DNA of 47,507 nt, from assembly GCA_043759365.1 (NCBI GenBank), contig JAYVNB010000065.1:1-47507 (forward strand), in the 5' to 3' direction. The position numbers were made by a program, and so were the translations under genes. Under the pieces are notes generated by a model. That model worked only from the letters and a program-made list of their open reading frames with translations. It was not told where the DNA came from and did no database searches. The stretch is from Bacteriovoracaceae bacterium. GTDB taxonomy: Bacteria > Bdellovibrionota > UBA1018. Below are positions 26,687 through 34,705 of the stretch, one piece after another (the first letter of the stretch is position 1; each line of letters begins with the position of its first letter).

Positions 26687-27286
26687 ATGAAACTCTATTA
26701 CGGCCCCGGCGCTTGTTCGATGTCCTGCCATATCACGCTCGCCGAGAGCGGGCTTCCGTATGAGATCGTCAAGCTCGATATCATGGGCGGTGGTACCGAG
26801 ACTCCGGAGTTCAAGAAGCTGAATCCTCTCGGAGCGGTTCCTGCATTGGTGTTGGACGGCGGAAAAGTCCTGACCCAAAATCTCGCGATCATCGTGCATG
26901 TCGCTGATCTGAAGCCCGAAGCCAAACAGCTTCCCGCTTCAGGAAGTTTCGAGCGAGCGCAAGCGCTTCAATGGCTGTCGTTCGTCGCCAGCGATCTGCA
27001 TCCCGCGATGGGCCCGCTTTTCGCTCCCGACGCGCTCAAAAACAATCAGGAGCAAGTCGCACGCGTCAACGACTACCTCGGCTATGTCGAGCGCCACCTA
27101 GAAGGCAAGAAGTACCTCTTGGGCGAACACTACTCAGCCGCGGATGCCTACCTCTACACTGTCTATAGTTGGACGGGATACTTCGGACTTCCTACGGCGG
27201 AGTTCCGCAACTTCACGGCTTACAAGAAGCGCATGAGTGAGCGTCCAGCGGTCCAGAAGGTCTTGAAAGCCGAAGGTCTGATTTAA
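26687..27286 (+). CDS. gstA: Glutathione S-transferase (GstA-like)
   Basis: 199 aa. The N-terminus MKLYYGPGACSMSCHITLAESGLPYEIVKLD is close to E. coli GstA ([22 protein letters not shown]...). Confidence 0.88.
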   Translation: MKLYYGPGACSMSCHITLAESGLPYEIVKLDIMGGGTETPEFKKLNPLGAVPALVLDGGKVLTQNLAIIVHVADLKPEAKQLPASGSFERAQALQWLSFVASDLHPAMGPLFAPDALKNNQEQVARVNDYLGYVERHLEGKKYLLGEHYSAADAYLYTVYSWTGYFGLPTAEFRNFTAYKKRMSERPAVQKVLKAEGLI

Positions 27287-27341
27287 TACACGACCCGCGG
27301 ATCGCTTGCTCCAAGCAGGGAAGCGACTTAAGCTGAAAGGG

Positions 27342-27746
27342 ATGAAAAATTCGCGGGTCGAACGCTCCCTCCTGGTCGTGCTCGCTGCAGCATTAGTCCT
27401 AACTTCCTGTTCGAGCGTTCGGCTGAGGTCCGAGTCGGTGATCCAGCTAGAGAATGGCCAAAGCGCGACCCACGACTTCGAGAAGAGTTACGACTTGGGG
27501 TCGATCCCGGTCCTCTGCGGCGTGAGCGCGATCTTTTTTGGAGGAGCTTGCTGGTATTACCTCGTTCTGCCGACCGTGAACCAGAAGACCGAACTTCGGC
27601 AGGATGCGGACCGGGATCTGGAGAGGATCCTGGGTGGGAAGACATTTTCTTACCAAGAGCAAACTTTGGGACGAGCCGGCTGGGGCGTGGCGCCGGTGAG
27701 GTCCAAGCTTGAAGGGGTCGCGCAAGGGCCGTCTCAAAATCCTTAA
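27342..27746 (+). CDS. Hypothetical lipoprotein with one internal hydrophobic segment.
   Basis: The track ORF is trimmed to ATG 27342, preceded by GAAAGGG. Lipobox LVLTSCSS. Hydrophobic stretch IPVLCGVSAIFFGGACWYYLVL. Confidence 0.55.
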   Translation: MKNSRVERSLLVVLAAALVLTSCSSVRLRSESVIQLENGQSATHDFEKSYDLGSIPVLCGVSAIFFGGACWYYLVLPTVNQKTELRQDADRDLERILGGKTFSYQEQTLGRAGWGVAPVRSKLEGVAQGPSQNP

Positions 27747-27785
27747 GACCGTTGTTCAGGCTTCGGTGGAAGGACGGCCGTCGAA

Positions 27786-28400
27786 TCAGGTCTCTGCGAA
27801 AGCGGCCGCATAGTCGGCGATCGCGGCTTGGATGACCTCGCTCGCACCGGCCAGTCCATAGACTGCCTCGATTTCAGTCACCGGCGTTTCGCCGGGTAAA
27901 ACCTTGTAGGTAAGGAAGTAATGCTCCAAGCGTCGGCGAACGACCGGGGAGAGTTGAGAGATGTCCTGGATATTGTCCCAGTAGGGATCGCTGTCGAGCA
28001 CCGCGATGATCTTGTCATCGGCCTCCCCGCGGTCGATCAATCGGAACCCTCCAATCACCCGGGACGGCACGAGGACCTCGGTTCGGTTGATCGAACGTTC
28101 ACTCAGGATACAGACGTCCAGTGGGTCATGGTCTCCGCGTTTTCCGTTCTTCGAGAGCCTCGCGACTCGCTCGTCGCAATAGGTTCGCGGGATGAAACCA
28201 TAGAGGGCGGGAGGCAACGCCGAAGTGAGCTGAGGCCGGTCAACCTTGAGGTACCCCGTCTCTTTGTCGATCTCGTATTTGATCCCATCGAATGGAGTGA
28301 TCTCGATGTAGGCGTTGACGTAACGAGGAGGTTCTCGACCCGTCGAGATTCCGTGCCACGGATGAGGTCTCCAAGGTTGAAACGGCGGTTTCTTTGGCAT
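27786..28400 (-). CDS. ppa: Inorganic pyrophosphatase (family I)
   Basis: [30 protein letters not shown] and [11 protein letters not shown] are family I PPase signatures. Confidence 0.93.
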   Translation of the reverse strand: MPKKPPFQPWRPHPWHGISTGREPPRYVNAYIEITPFDGIKYEIDKETGYLKVDRPQLTSALPPALYGFIPRTYCDERVARLSKNGKRGDHDPLDVCILSERSINRTEVLVPSRVIGGFRLIDRGEADDKIIAVLDSDPYWDNIQDISQLSPVVRRRLEHYFLTYKVLPGETPVTEIEAVYGLAGASEVIQAAIADYAAAFAET

Positions 28401-28590
28401 GCGTGAAAGTGTAGTCGGCTAACCGCGAAGAGAGCAAGGGGCAGGAAGTTGCTGCGGCGAGTCTTGGTTTCTCAATCCGGATGGACATGGCCCAGATGGT
28501 CCATGCCGGGGATGGACGACCGGGACTTCCTGAATGCCTAATCCCAGACCCAGGCGGTGAGCGGAGTCGCCTCCGAATGAGTCGACGCGC

Positions 28591-29010
28591 TCAAGGGCTC
28601 GAGGGCGCAGCGTCGGGGTGGGACGCCGCAGAGCCGCAGTCGTAAAGCCGGAGGAGGCGCGCCCCGTAGTACGTTCCGGCCTTGTCGAGCTGCCAAGGAG
28701 CGTAGGGGAAGTACTTGGCCTCGACGCACTGACCAATTTGCGCGACCGCCCACTGGCGATCCTCCGCGCTGGAAGTGTGGATTTCGCCGCGCTCATCCCG
28801 GATGGCGACCGCGAAAGAAAACAACTGGGCTGCGGGGATCGGATTGGCCGAGCCCGTGATGATGGCTTGAGGGGGGCTGACCCGTTCAACTTTCTCGATT
28901 TTGCCGATCACGTGCTTGGCGAACAAGAACCCGTAATAATTGTAGACCAGGGTTCCTCCGCCGATGAACAGGACCAGGCTGAGCAGGACGAGGATCACGA
29001 TCTTCTTCAT
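28591..29010 (-). CDS. Hypothetical membrane-anchored protein
   Basis: 139 aa. N-terminal anchor MKKIVILVLLSLVLFIGGGTLV. No recognisable domain. Confidence 0.5.
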   Translation of the reverse strand: MKKIVILVLLSLVLFIGGGTLVYNYYGFLFAKHVIGKIEKVERVSPPQAIITGSANPIPAAQLFSFAVAIRDERGEIHTSSAEDRQWAVAQIGQCVEAKYFPYAPWQLDKAGTYYGARLLRLYDCGSAASHPDAAPSSP

Positions 29011-29082
29011 TGGGGTTATGCATATCGAGGAGACTCGGGCGGCGCAAGGAGGACTTGGACAGGAGACCTTGGTTAGAAATGA

Positions 29083-29117
29083 ATACGGCGCCCTGGCTGT
29101 TGCCAGGAGCGCCGTAT
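29083..29117 (-). terminator. Hairpin downstream of the 222-aa lipoprotein gene.
   Basis: ATACGGCGC-CCTGG ... CCAGG-A-GCGCCGTAT forms a 14-bp stem with one bulge. On the - strand it is followed by TCATTTCT. Confidence 0.5.
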
Positions 29118-29155
29118 CGAGAGTTCAGTCGTGGGACTTCAACGGAGTTCGGGGA

Positions 29156-29824
29156 TCAGAAGTTGAAGCCAGGGATGATCGAACGGTTCCAAGCGTCCTG
29201 GGAGGCTTGAGCTTCCTGGGCCTGGCGCTGGGCGTCCGCACGCTCTTGGGTGACGCGGATGATTTCGCGAAGCATGAAGCTTGCGTTGGCTTTCTGGACG
29301 TTGAGGTTCTGAGACAGGGTGTCGACCCCGGAGTCGGAGATCATTTTGGACTGGGTCAACTTGTTGATGTCGTCATCGCTCATTCCGAGGGTGGTGAGGG
29401 ATTCTTTGTGTCCGTCACGTGCCGACTTCATCGCGTCGATGAAAGTCTGGGAGGCGTCGAAGCCGATGCCGAAAGCCTGGCCCCAGTTCACATCGGTGAC
29501 TGCGAGGTCGGCGTTGTCGACCACGGTCTGCATCTCAGCATCCGAAAGGCCTTTCAGGCTCTTGGGAACGAGGTAGGCGCAGTCGTCGTACGATTGGCGA
29601 CACTCGCGGACGGAGTGACCGTAGTAGTCGTTGAAGAAGTGGCAACGCTCGACGTATCCGCCTTCGCAGCGGGTGTTGTTCGCGATCACGACCGCGCCGC
29701 CGATGATGGCAGCGGTGCCGAGGGCGTTTGCGATTTCGCTGGATTTACAGGCGGTGAAGCTTGTGGAAGAGGCGAGGAGGGTGACGCTGAGGAGGATCTT
29801 GGATCCGAGATTCATGGACTTCAT
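29156..29824 (-). CDS. Hypothetical Cys-rich lipoprotein
   Basis: GGAG Shine-Dalgarno motif 6 nt upstream. Lipobox SSTSFTACK. Cys cluster CEGGYVERCHFFNDYYGHSVRECRQSYDDC. Gln/Ala-rich C-terminus ending GFNF. Confidence 0.6.
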   Translation of the reverse strand: MKSMNLGSKILLSVTLLASSTSFTACKSSEIANALGTAAIIGGAVVIANNTRCEGGYVERCHFFNDYYGHSVRECRQSYDDCAYLVPKSLKGLSDAEMQTVVDNADLAVTDVNWGQAFGIGFDASQTFIDAMKSARDGHKESLTTLGMSDDDINKLTQSKMISDSGVDTLSQNLNVQKANASFMLREIIRVTQERADAQRQAQEAQASQDAWNRSIIPGFNF

Positions 29825-30125
29825 TTCATGCTCCTAAAAAAGGGGGTGGGGGAATTTTCCAAAGTTCGGAAAGGCACGGAAGCAGGGAACGTGCCACGGG
29901 TGGCCAATTTCAAAGTTAAGTTGATGGGAAAGGCCCAGTATCCAGAAAAAGCGCGTAATTTCGGAGCATTGATAAATCGAGGGGGTGCCTTTCATTGACG
30001 GACGTAGGCGGACGTAGAAGGGTTTCGAATCGGCACTGGAGTCTTTCCGGCCTCGGCTGACCGGGTTCCAATTGGCCATTCCTTGGGGTCCCTACGCCGA
30101 ATCGGAGTGTGGTAAAAAACAGGGA

Positions 30126-30491
30126 ATGGGATCCCAAGAAGGCCGCCTCGTCTATTCGACCGACCCGAAGCTCAACCAGAAGTGCCCGAAGTGCAAGGAA
30201 GTGCTCTCCGAGTGCACTTGCGAGGCCGAGATCGTGGTCAAGGAGTTCAACTTCGTCGCCATCCTCCGGATCGAGAAAGGAGGCCGGAACGGAAAGACCG
30301 TGACGGTCATCGATCGCCTCCCGAAGTCGGAGCGTTTTCTTAAGGATTGGACGACTCGTCTGAAAAAGAGTTGCGGCTCGGGCGGTACCTACTTGATGGA
30401 TGGCAAAGATGGGGTGATCGAGATCCAAGGCGACAAACGCGAGATCGTCCGCGAAGTATTGGCGAAGCTCGGGATTAAATCTAAGGGATGA
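30126..30491 (+). CDS. yciH: SUI1-family translation initiation factor YciH
   Basis: The track ORF is trimmed to ATG 30126. GRLVYSTD... and CGSGGTYLMDGKDGVIEIQGDKREIV align with E. coli YciH (SRLVYSTE..., CGCGGAVKDGVIEIQGDKRD). Confidence 0.85.
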   Translation: MGSQEGRLVYSTDPKLNQKCPKCKEVLSECTCEAEIVVKEFNFVAILRIEKGGRNGKTVTVIDRLPKSERFLKDWTTRLKKSCGSGGTYLMDGKDGVIEIQGDKREIVREVLAKLGIKSKG

Positions 30492-31699
30492 GCGCGCTCC
30501 CCGTTGCCATCATTGGAACCGGGCCTGCCGCCTTGATGGCGGGTCATGAGCTGGTCGCCCAAGGACACAGGGTCCGTTTTTTCGAAAAGAAGCGGGGGCC
30601 CGGCCGGAAGTTCCTGATCGCGGGAAGCTCGGGACTGAACATCACTTACGATGCCCCGATCGAGGAGTTCCTCCGCAACTACTTGGGCCCGCGGGAACGA
30701 TTCGAGCGTTTCCTTTCCGAGTTTCCACCCGAGGCCTGGATCGGGTTCATCGAATCGTTGGGTGTCAAGACGTTCAAAGGCACGAGCCGGAGGTACTTCG
30801 TCGAAGGTCTCAAAGCTTCGACCTTGTTGAGAGCTTGGATCACGAGTCTCGAGGCCCGAGGTGCAGGCTTCGAGTATGGCGCGGAGCTCTTGGATTTCGA
30901 AGCGTCCGGGGACCGGGTATCGCTTCGGTTCAGCGGCAGCAAACCGGGCGACATGCGCGAAGTGGAGGTCCGGGCGGCATTGCTCGCTTTGGGTGGCGGG
31001 AGCTGGGAGCATTCTGAGGTTCCCCTCCGATGGCCGGAAATCCTAGGCCGCAAGCACCTGAAGTTTCATCCTTTCCAGTCATCCAATGCCGGATTTCAAG
31101 TGGACTGGCCGGCGAAGTTTCTCGCAGAGGCCGAAGGGCTGCCCATCAAGAATGTCGTTTTACACTCGGCGCGCGGCAATCGCAGCGGGGATCCAGTAAT
31201 CACGAAGTACGGCATGGAAGGGACGCCCGTGTATTTCGCCGGTGATCTCGGTTTGAATTATCTCGATCTCAAACCGGATCTATCGCGAGAAGCGCTTCTG
31301 ACGAGGCTGGGCTTGACCCGAGAAAACCTCTCGCCGATGAGGCGGGTAAAAAAATTGCTTGGCTTGGGCGAGGGCGCCCTAGCCCTGATCTTTCATCTCA
31401 CCCCTCGGTCTGAACTGGAGAACCTTGAGAAACTGGTGGATCGCATCAAGCGGTTCCCGATCGTTTTTCGCGCGCGCCAACCCTTGACCGAATCCATCTC
31501 TTCTTCGGGTGGGCTGGGTTGGGATGAAGTCGACCTCGAAATGATGCTGCTGCGCTATCCGGGAGTTTTTGTCGCAGGCGAGATGCTCGACTGGGATGCC
31601 CCGACCGGCGGGTTCCTGATCCAGGCGAGCGTCTCCCAAGGCTTCGCGGCCGGGAGGGGAATCGCTCGTTTTCTCGCCCGCTCTCCCAGTCTAGGATGA
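30488..31699 (+). CDS. HI0933/BaiN-like FAD-dependent flavoprotein
   Basis: VAIIGTGPAALMAG Rossmann motif, KFLIAGSSGLNITY and a C-terminal GEMLDWDAPTGGF motif. The ATGA start overlaps the yciH stop. Confidence 0.82.
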   Translation: MSALPVAIIGTGPAALMAGHELVAQGHRVRFFEKKRGPGRKFLIAGSSGLNITYDAPIEEFLRNYLGPRERFERFLSEFPPEAWIGFIESLGVKTFKGTSRRYFVEGLKASTLLRAWITSLEARGAGFEYGAELLDFEASGDRVSLRFSGSKPGDMREVEVRAALLALGGGSWEHSEVPLRWPEILGRKHLKFHPFQSSNAGFQVDWPAKFLAEAEGLPIKNVVLHSARGNRSGDPVITKYGMEGTPVYFAGDLGLNYLDLKPDLSREALLTRLGLTRENLSPMRRVKKLLGLGEGALALIFHLTPRSELENLEKLVDRIKRFPIVFRARQPLTESISSSGGLGWDEVDLEMMLLRYPGVFVAGEMLDWDAPTGGFLIQASVSQGFAAGRGIARFLARSPSLG

Positions 31700-31705
31700 G
31701 ATTCG

Positions 31706-31942
31706 TCATTTCTTCGGTTCACGGGAGCGGGGAGCCTTCCGATTGCGAAGGGTGCGGGTCAGCCACAAGATCAAGAGTGTGAACAATCCGAGGAAGAGGA
31801 CGACCCGTCCACCTGCTGCGAAAGCTTCGACCAACCGGGCGATGAGCGGCAGGAATCGGATCAGGAGCACAGCAAAAAAGATCGTCAGCGCCATTTTTTT
31901 CAGGCTCTGAAAAGCTCCGGGAGGAGAGGGAGGGGTGGACAC
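31706..31942 (-). CDS. Small two-TM membrane protein (hypothetical)
   Basis: 78-aa ORF with two hydrophobic helices (LTIFFAVLLIRFLPLIARL and VVLFLGLFTLLILWL). Start uncertain (GTG 31942 or ATG 31894). No clear Shine-Dalgarno motif. Confidence 0.4.
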   Translation of the reverse strand: MSTPPSPPGAFQSLKKMALTIFFAVLLIRFLPLIARLVEAFAAGGRVVLFLGLFTLLILWLTRTLRNRKAPRSREPKK

Positions 31943-31970
31943 TCAGGAAGTCTAAAGTAGACTCCCGGGA

Positions 31971-33278
31971 ATGAGCCAGCTCCATCTCATGCGTTCCCGT
32001 CGCTTTTGGCCGTTGTTCTGGACCCAGTTCTTCGGCGCCTTCAATGACAACCTCTTCAAGAATGCGCTCGTGATCCTGATCGCTTTTCACGGGGTGAAGG
32101 TCATGGGCATCGCCCCCGCCCAAATGGTGCCGTTCGCCGGCGGGATCTTCATCCTTCCATTCTTCTTGTTTTCGGCGACGGCTGGGCAATGGGCCGATCA
32201 GCAAGAGAAGTCCCGACTCGTCCGCTGGATCAAGCTTTTCGAAATCCTGATCATGGGGCTGGCAACGGGGGGCTTCCTCGCCCATCGATTCGCATTCCTG
32301 CTCGTCGTGTTGTTCCTGATGGGGGTTCACTCGACCTTCTTCGGACCGATCAAATACAGCATCCTCCCGCAGCTGTTGAAGGAGGGGGATCTGGTGGAAG
32401 CCAATGCTTTGATCGAAGCAGGCACATTTCTCTCGATCCTTTTGGGCACGATCCTGGGCGGAGTCCTGATCGGAATCGATCGCGATGGACCGGCTTACAT
32501 CTCCCTCGCGCTGCTCGCGGTCGCAATCGTAGGTTGGCTCAGCAGTCGGGCGCTCCCGCAGATCCCCGCGATGGACCCGGCCCTGCGGGTCCAGTGGAAC
32601 CCGTTCCCCCCAACACTTGCGATTTTTCGGTCGACCCGCCGCAATCGGCCTGTATGGCTAGCAGTAGTCGGAATCTCATGGTTCTGGTTTTATGGGGCAG
32701 CCATGCTCTCCCTTTTTCCCGGCTACTGCCGAGAGACTTTGGGAGCAGGCGAGGGAACCGTCACGCTTTTTCTCGCGCTTTTCTCGGTTGGCGTGGGGGT
32801 AGGTTCGCTCCTGTGTGGAAAGCTTTCGCGAGGCAAGATCAGTTTCAAGCTCGTTGGAATCGGACTGCTCGGTCTCATCGTCTGCACTGCCGAGCTCTGG
32901 CGGCTCGGGCGACCGCCCTCTTTCGCTCCAGGCTCCGCGTCCTCCCCCTTTATGGGATCTGTTTTGGGAGTGACTGGATTTTTGTCCGAACCCGCCGGGC
33001 TTTGGATTTCCGCAGTCCTTTTTCTGCTGTCTGCATGCGGGGGGTTATTCATCGTTCCGCTTTATGCCCTGATGCAGGAGCAGGCCGAGCCGTCGCAGCG
33101 GTCGCGCGTGATCGCTGCGAACAACGTGCTCAACGCATTGTTCATGGTGGGGGCGTCCGGACTTCTGATGGGGTTGCTCGGGGCCGGATTTTCGGTTCCG
33201 GGAGTGTTCGGAATATTGGCGCTCCTGAACGGGGCTGCAGGGGTTTGGCTGGTCATTTCGCAGAGGTCGCTCAAATAG
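31971..33278 (+). CDS. lplT: MFS transporter, lysophospholipid transporter LplT-like
   Basis: FWPLFWTQFFGAFNDNLFKNAL..., GQWADQQEKSR and FFGPIKYSILPQLL...ANALIEAGTFLSILLG parallel E. coli LplT and the MFS part of Aas-type fusions. Confidence 0.8.
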   Translation: MSQLHLMRSRRFWPLFWTQFFGAFNDNLFKNALVILIAFHGVKVMGIAPAQMVPFAGGIFILPFFLFSATAGQWADQQEKSRLVRWIKLFEILIMGLATGGFLAHRFAFLLVVLFLMGVHSTFFGPIKYSILPQLLKEGDLVEANALIEAGTFLSILLGTILGGVLIGIDRDGPAYISLALLAVAIVGWLSSRALPQIPAMDPALRVQWNPFPPTLAIFRSTRRNRPVWLAVVGISWFWFYGAAMLSLFPGYCRETLGAGEGTVTLFLALFSVGVGVGSLLCGKLSRGKISFKLVGIGLLGLIVCTAELWRLGRPPSFAPGSASSPFMGSVLGVTGFLSEPAGLWISAVLFLLSACGGLFIVPLYALMQEQAEPSQRSRVIAANNVLNALFMVGASGLLMGLLGAGFSVPGVFGILALLNGAAGVWLVISQRSLK

Positions 33279-33338
33279 AAACAGCCGGCATCCGGGACCC
33301 TGGAGGGGGAATGGTTGAAGTCCCGGTGCCGGCTGTTT
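33279..33338. terminator. Long hairpin between the convergent lplT and htrA genes (bidirectional terminator candidate).
   Basis: AAACAGCCGGCA-T-CCGGGAC ... GTCCCGG-TGCCGGCTGTTT forms a 19-bp stem with one bulge. T-containing tracts lie on both sides. Confidence 0.6.
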
Positions 33339-33361
33339 GTTCGAATGGATTCAATAATCCA

Positions 33362-34618
33362 TCAGCGTTGCGCCATCTGGTTGGGGCGAGAGCCGAGCTT
33401 CACTTTGAAGGCCTTCTCATCCCCGCCCCGGTTGACCTTGATTTCAATGGAGTCCCCGACGGGTGCCGTGGCCACCGCTGCAATGAGATCGGAGGGTGAT
33501 TCGATCCTTTTTCCGGCGACGTGAGTGATGACATCGTAGGGGCGGATGCCGGCTCGGAAGGCAGGCTCACCCGGATCAGCCTGGGCCACCATCGGCGCTT
33601 GGAGATCGCGGCTCAGGCCAAGGTTCCGGGCCAATTGTTCGGTGAGGGGAGTGACCTGCACTCCGAGATAGCCACGTGAGACCTTGCCGTCGGACTTCAG
33701 CTGAGCGAGGACGTTTTTCACCGCATTGATCGGAATGGCGAAACCGATGTTTTGAGCGCGAGCATCGATCGCGTTGTTGATCCCGATTACTTCACCCCTC
33801 AGATTGAGGAGCGGCCCGCCGGAATTGCCGGGATTGATGGGAGCGTCCGTCTGCAAGTAATTGGCGAGTGGGAAGTCGGGAGACAACCGACCCTTGGCCG
33901 AAACGATCCCGTGCGTGACGGAATGTCCCTGGCCAAAGGGGTTGCCCACCGCCATCACGTATTCTCCGACCTGGAGTAAGTCGGAGTCTCCGAGTGGCAC
34001 GGCGGTCAGTTTGCGGTCCGTCTTGACTTGAAGCAATGCGATGTCCAGGTCCGGGTCCGTCCCCAGCACGCGAGCAGTGACGGGCTTTTCAGAAACGTCC
34101 TCGGTGAACTGGATCCTGATCTCGTCGGCCCCTTGGATGACGTGGTTGTTCGTCAGGATCAGCCCGGAGGAGTCCACGATGAAACCGGTCCCCAAGGCCA
34201 ACGGCCGAGGACCGGTTTCTTGCTGTGCTTGTGGAGGAAAACTGTTGAACCCCCCGCGCGGACCAGAGCCATCCCCGAAGAAGTGGCGGAAAAATTCATC
34301 GGGGCTCTGACGAGGATCCTGCCTGCGGGGGGCACTCAAAGTGGAGATGTTCACGACGGAAGGCACCACTTTTTGGGACAACGAGACGAAAATATTGGGA
34401 CTGGTTTCAAGCCGCTGCCCCAGACCCGGTACCGGGGTCTGGGCAGCGGTTTCACTCAGGCTCGATGAGGCCTGGGAATCATTGAGATGGAAAGGGGAGA
34501 AATGGGTGCCGCCGAGGGCCAGGGCCCCCGCGCTCGCGAAGCCAACCCAGCCATACTTCATTTTCTCGAATCGCTTGTTTGAAGAGCCACTCTGGGTGGC
34601 CGAAGTCACCGTTTTCAT
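33362..34618 (-). CDS. Periplasmic serine endoprotease, HtrA/DegP/DegQ family (single PDZ).
   Basis: Catalytic triad contexts TNNHVI, DIALLQV and GNSGGPLLN. The PDZ domain contains GIRPYDVITHVAGKRI. Confidence 0.9.
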   Translation of the reverse strand: MKTVTSATQSGSSNKRFEKMKYGWVGFASAGALALGGTHFSPFHLNDSQASSSLSETAAQTPVPGLGQRLETSPNIFVSLSQKVVPSVVNISTLSAPRRQDPRQSPDEFFRHFFGDGSGPRGGFNSFPPQAQQETGPRPLALGTGFIVDSSGLILTNNHVIQGADEIRIQFTEDVSEKPVTARVLGTDPDLDIALLQVKTDRKLTAVPLGDSDLLQVGEYVMAVGNPFGQGHSVTHGIVSAKGRLSPDFPLANYLQTDAPINPGNSGGPLLNLRGEVIGINNAIDARAQNIGFAIPINAVKNVLAQLKSDGKVSRGYLGVQVTPLTEQLARNLGLSRDLQAPMVAQADPGEPAFRAGIRPYDVITHVAGKRIESPSDLIAAVATAPVGDSIEIKVNRGGDEKAFKVKLGSRPNQMAQR

Positions 34619-34677
34619 GAGTAAGGTTTTACCAAGCGGAGCTTAAATCCCGATTAAAATGGGATTAAAAGTTCTTA

Positions 34678-34704
34678 ATCCGCTGCCCGGCCCGAGGAGC
34701 GGAT
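34678..34704 (-). terminator. Hairpin immediately after the GH92 stop, followed by an AT-rich tract and a second small hairpin.
   Basis: ATCCGCT (34678-34684) pairs with AGCGGAT (34698-34704). On the - strand it is followed by TAAGAACTTTTAA. A second hairpin is formed by AATCCC (34646-34651) and GGGATT (34661-34666). Confidence 0.4.
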
Positions 34705-34705
34705 C

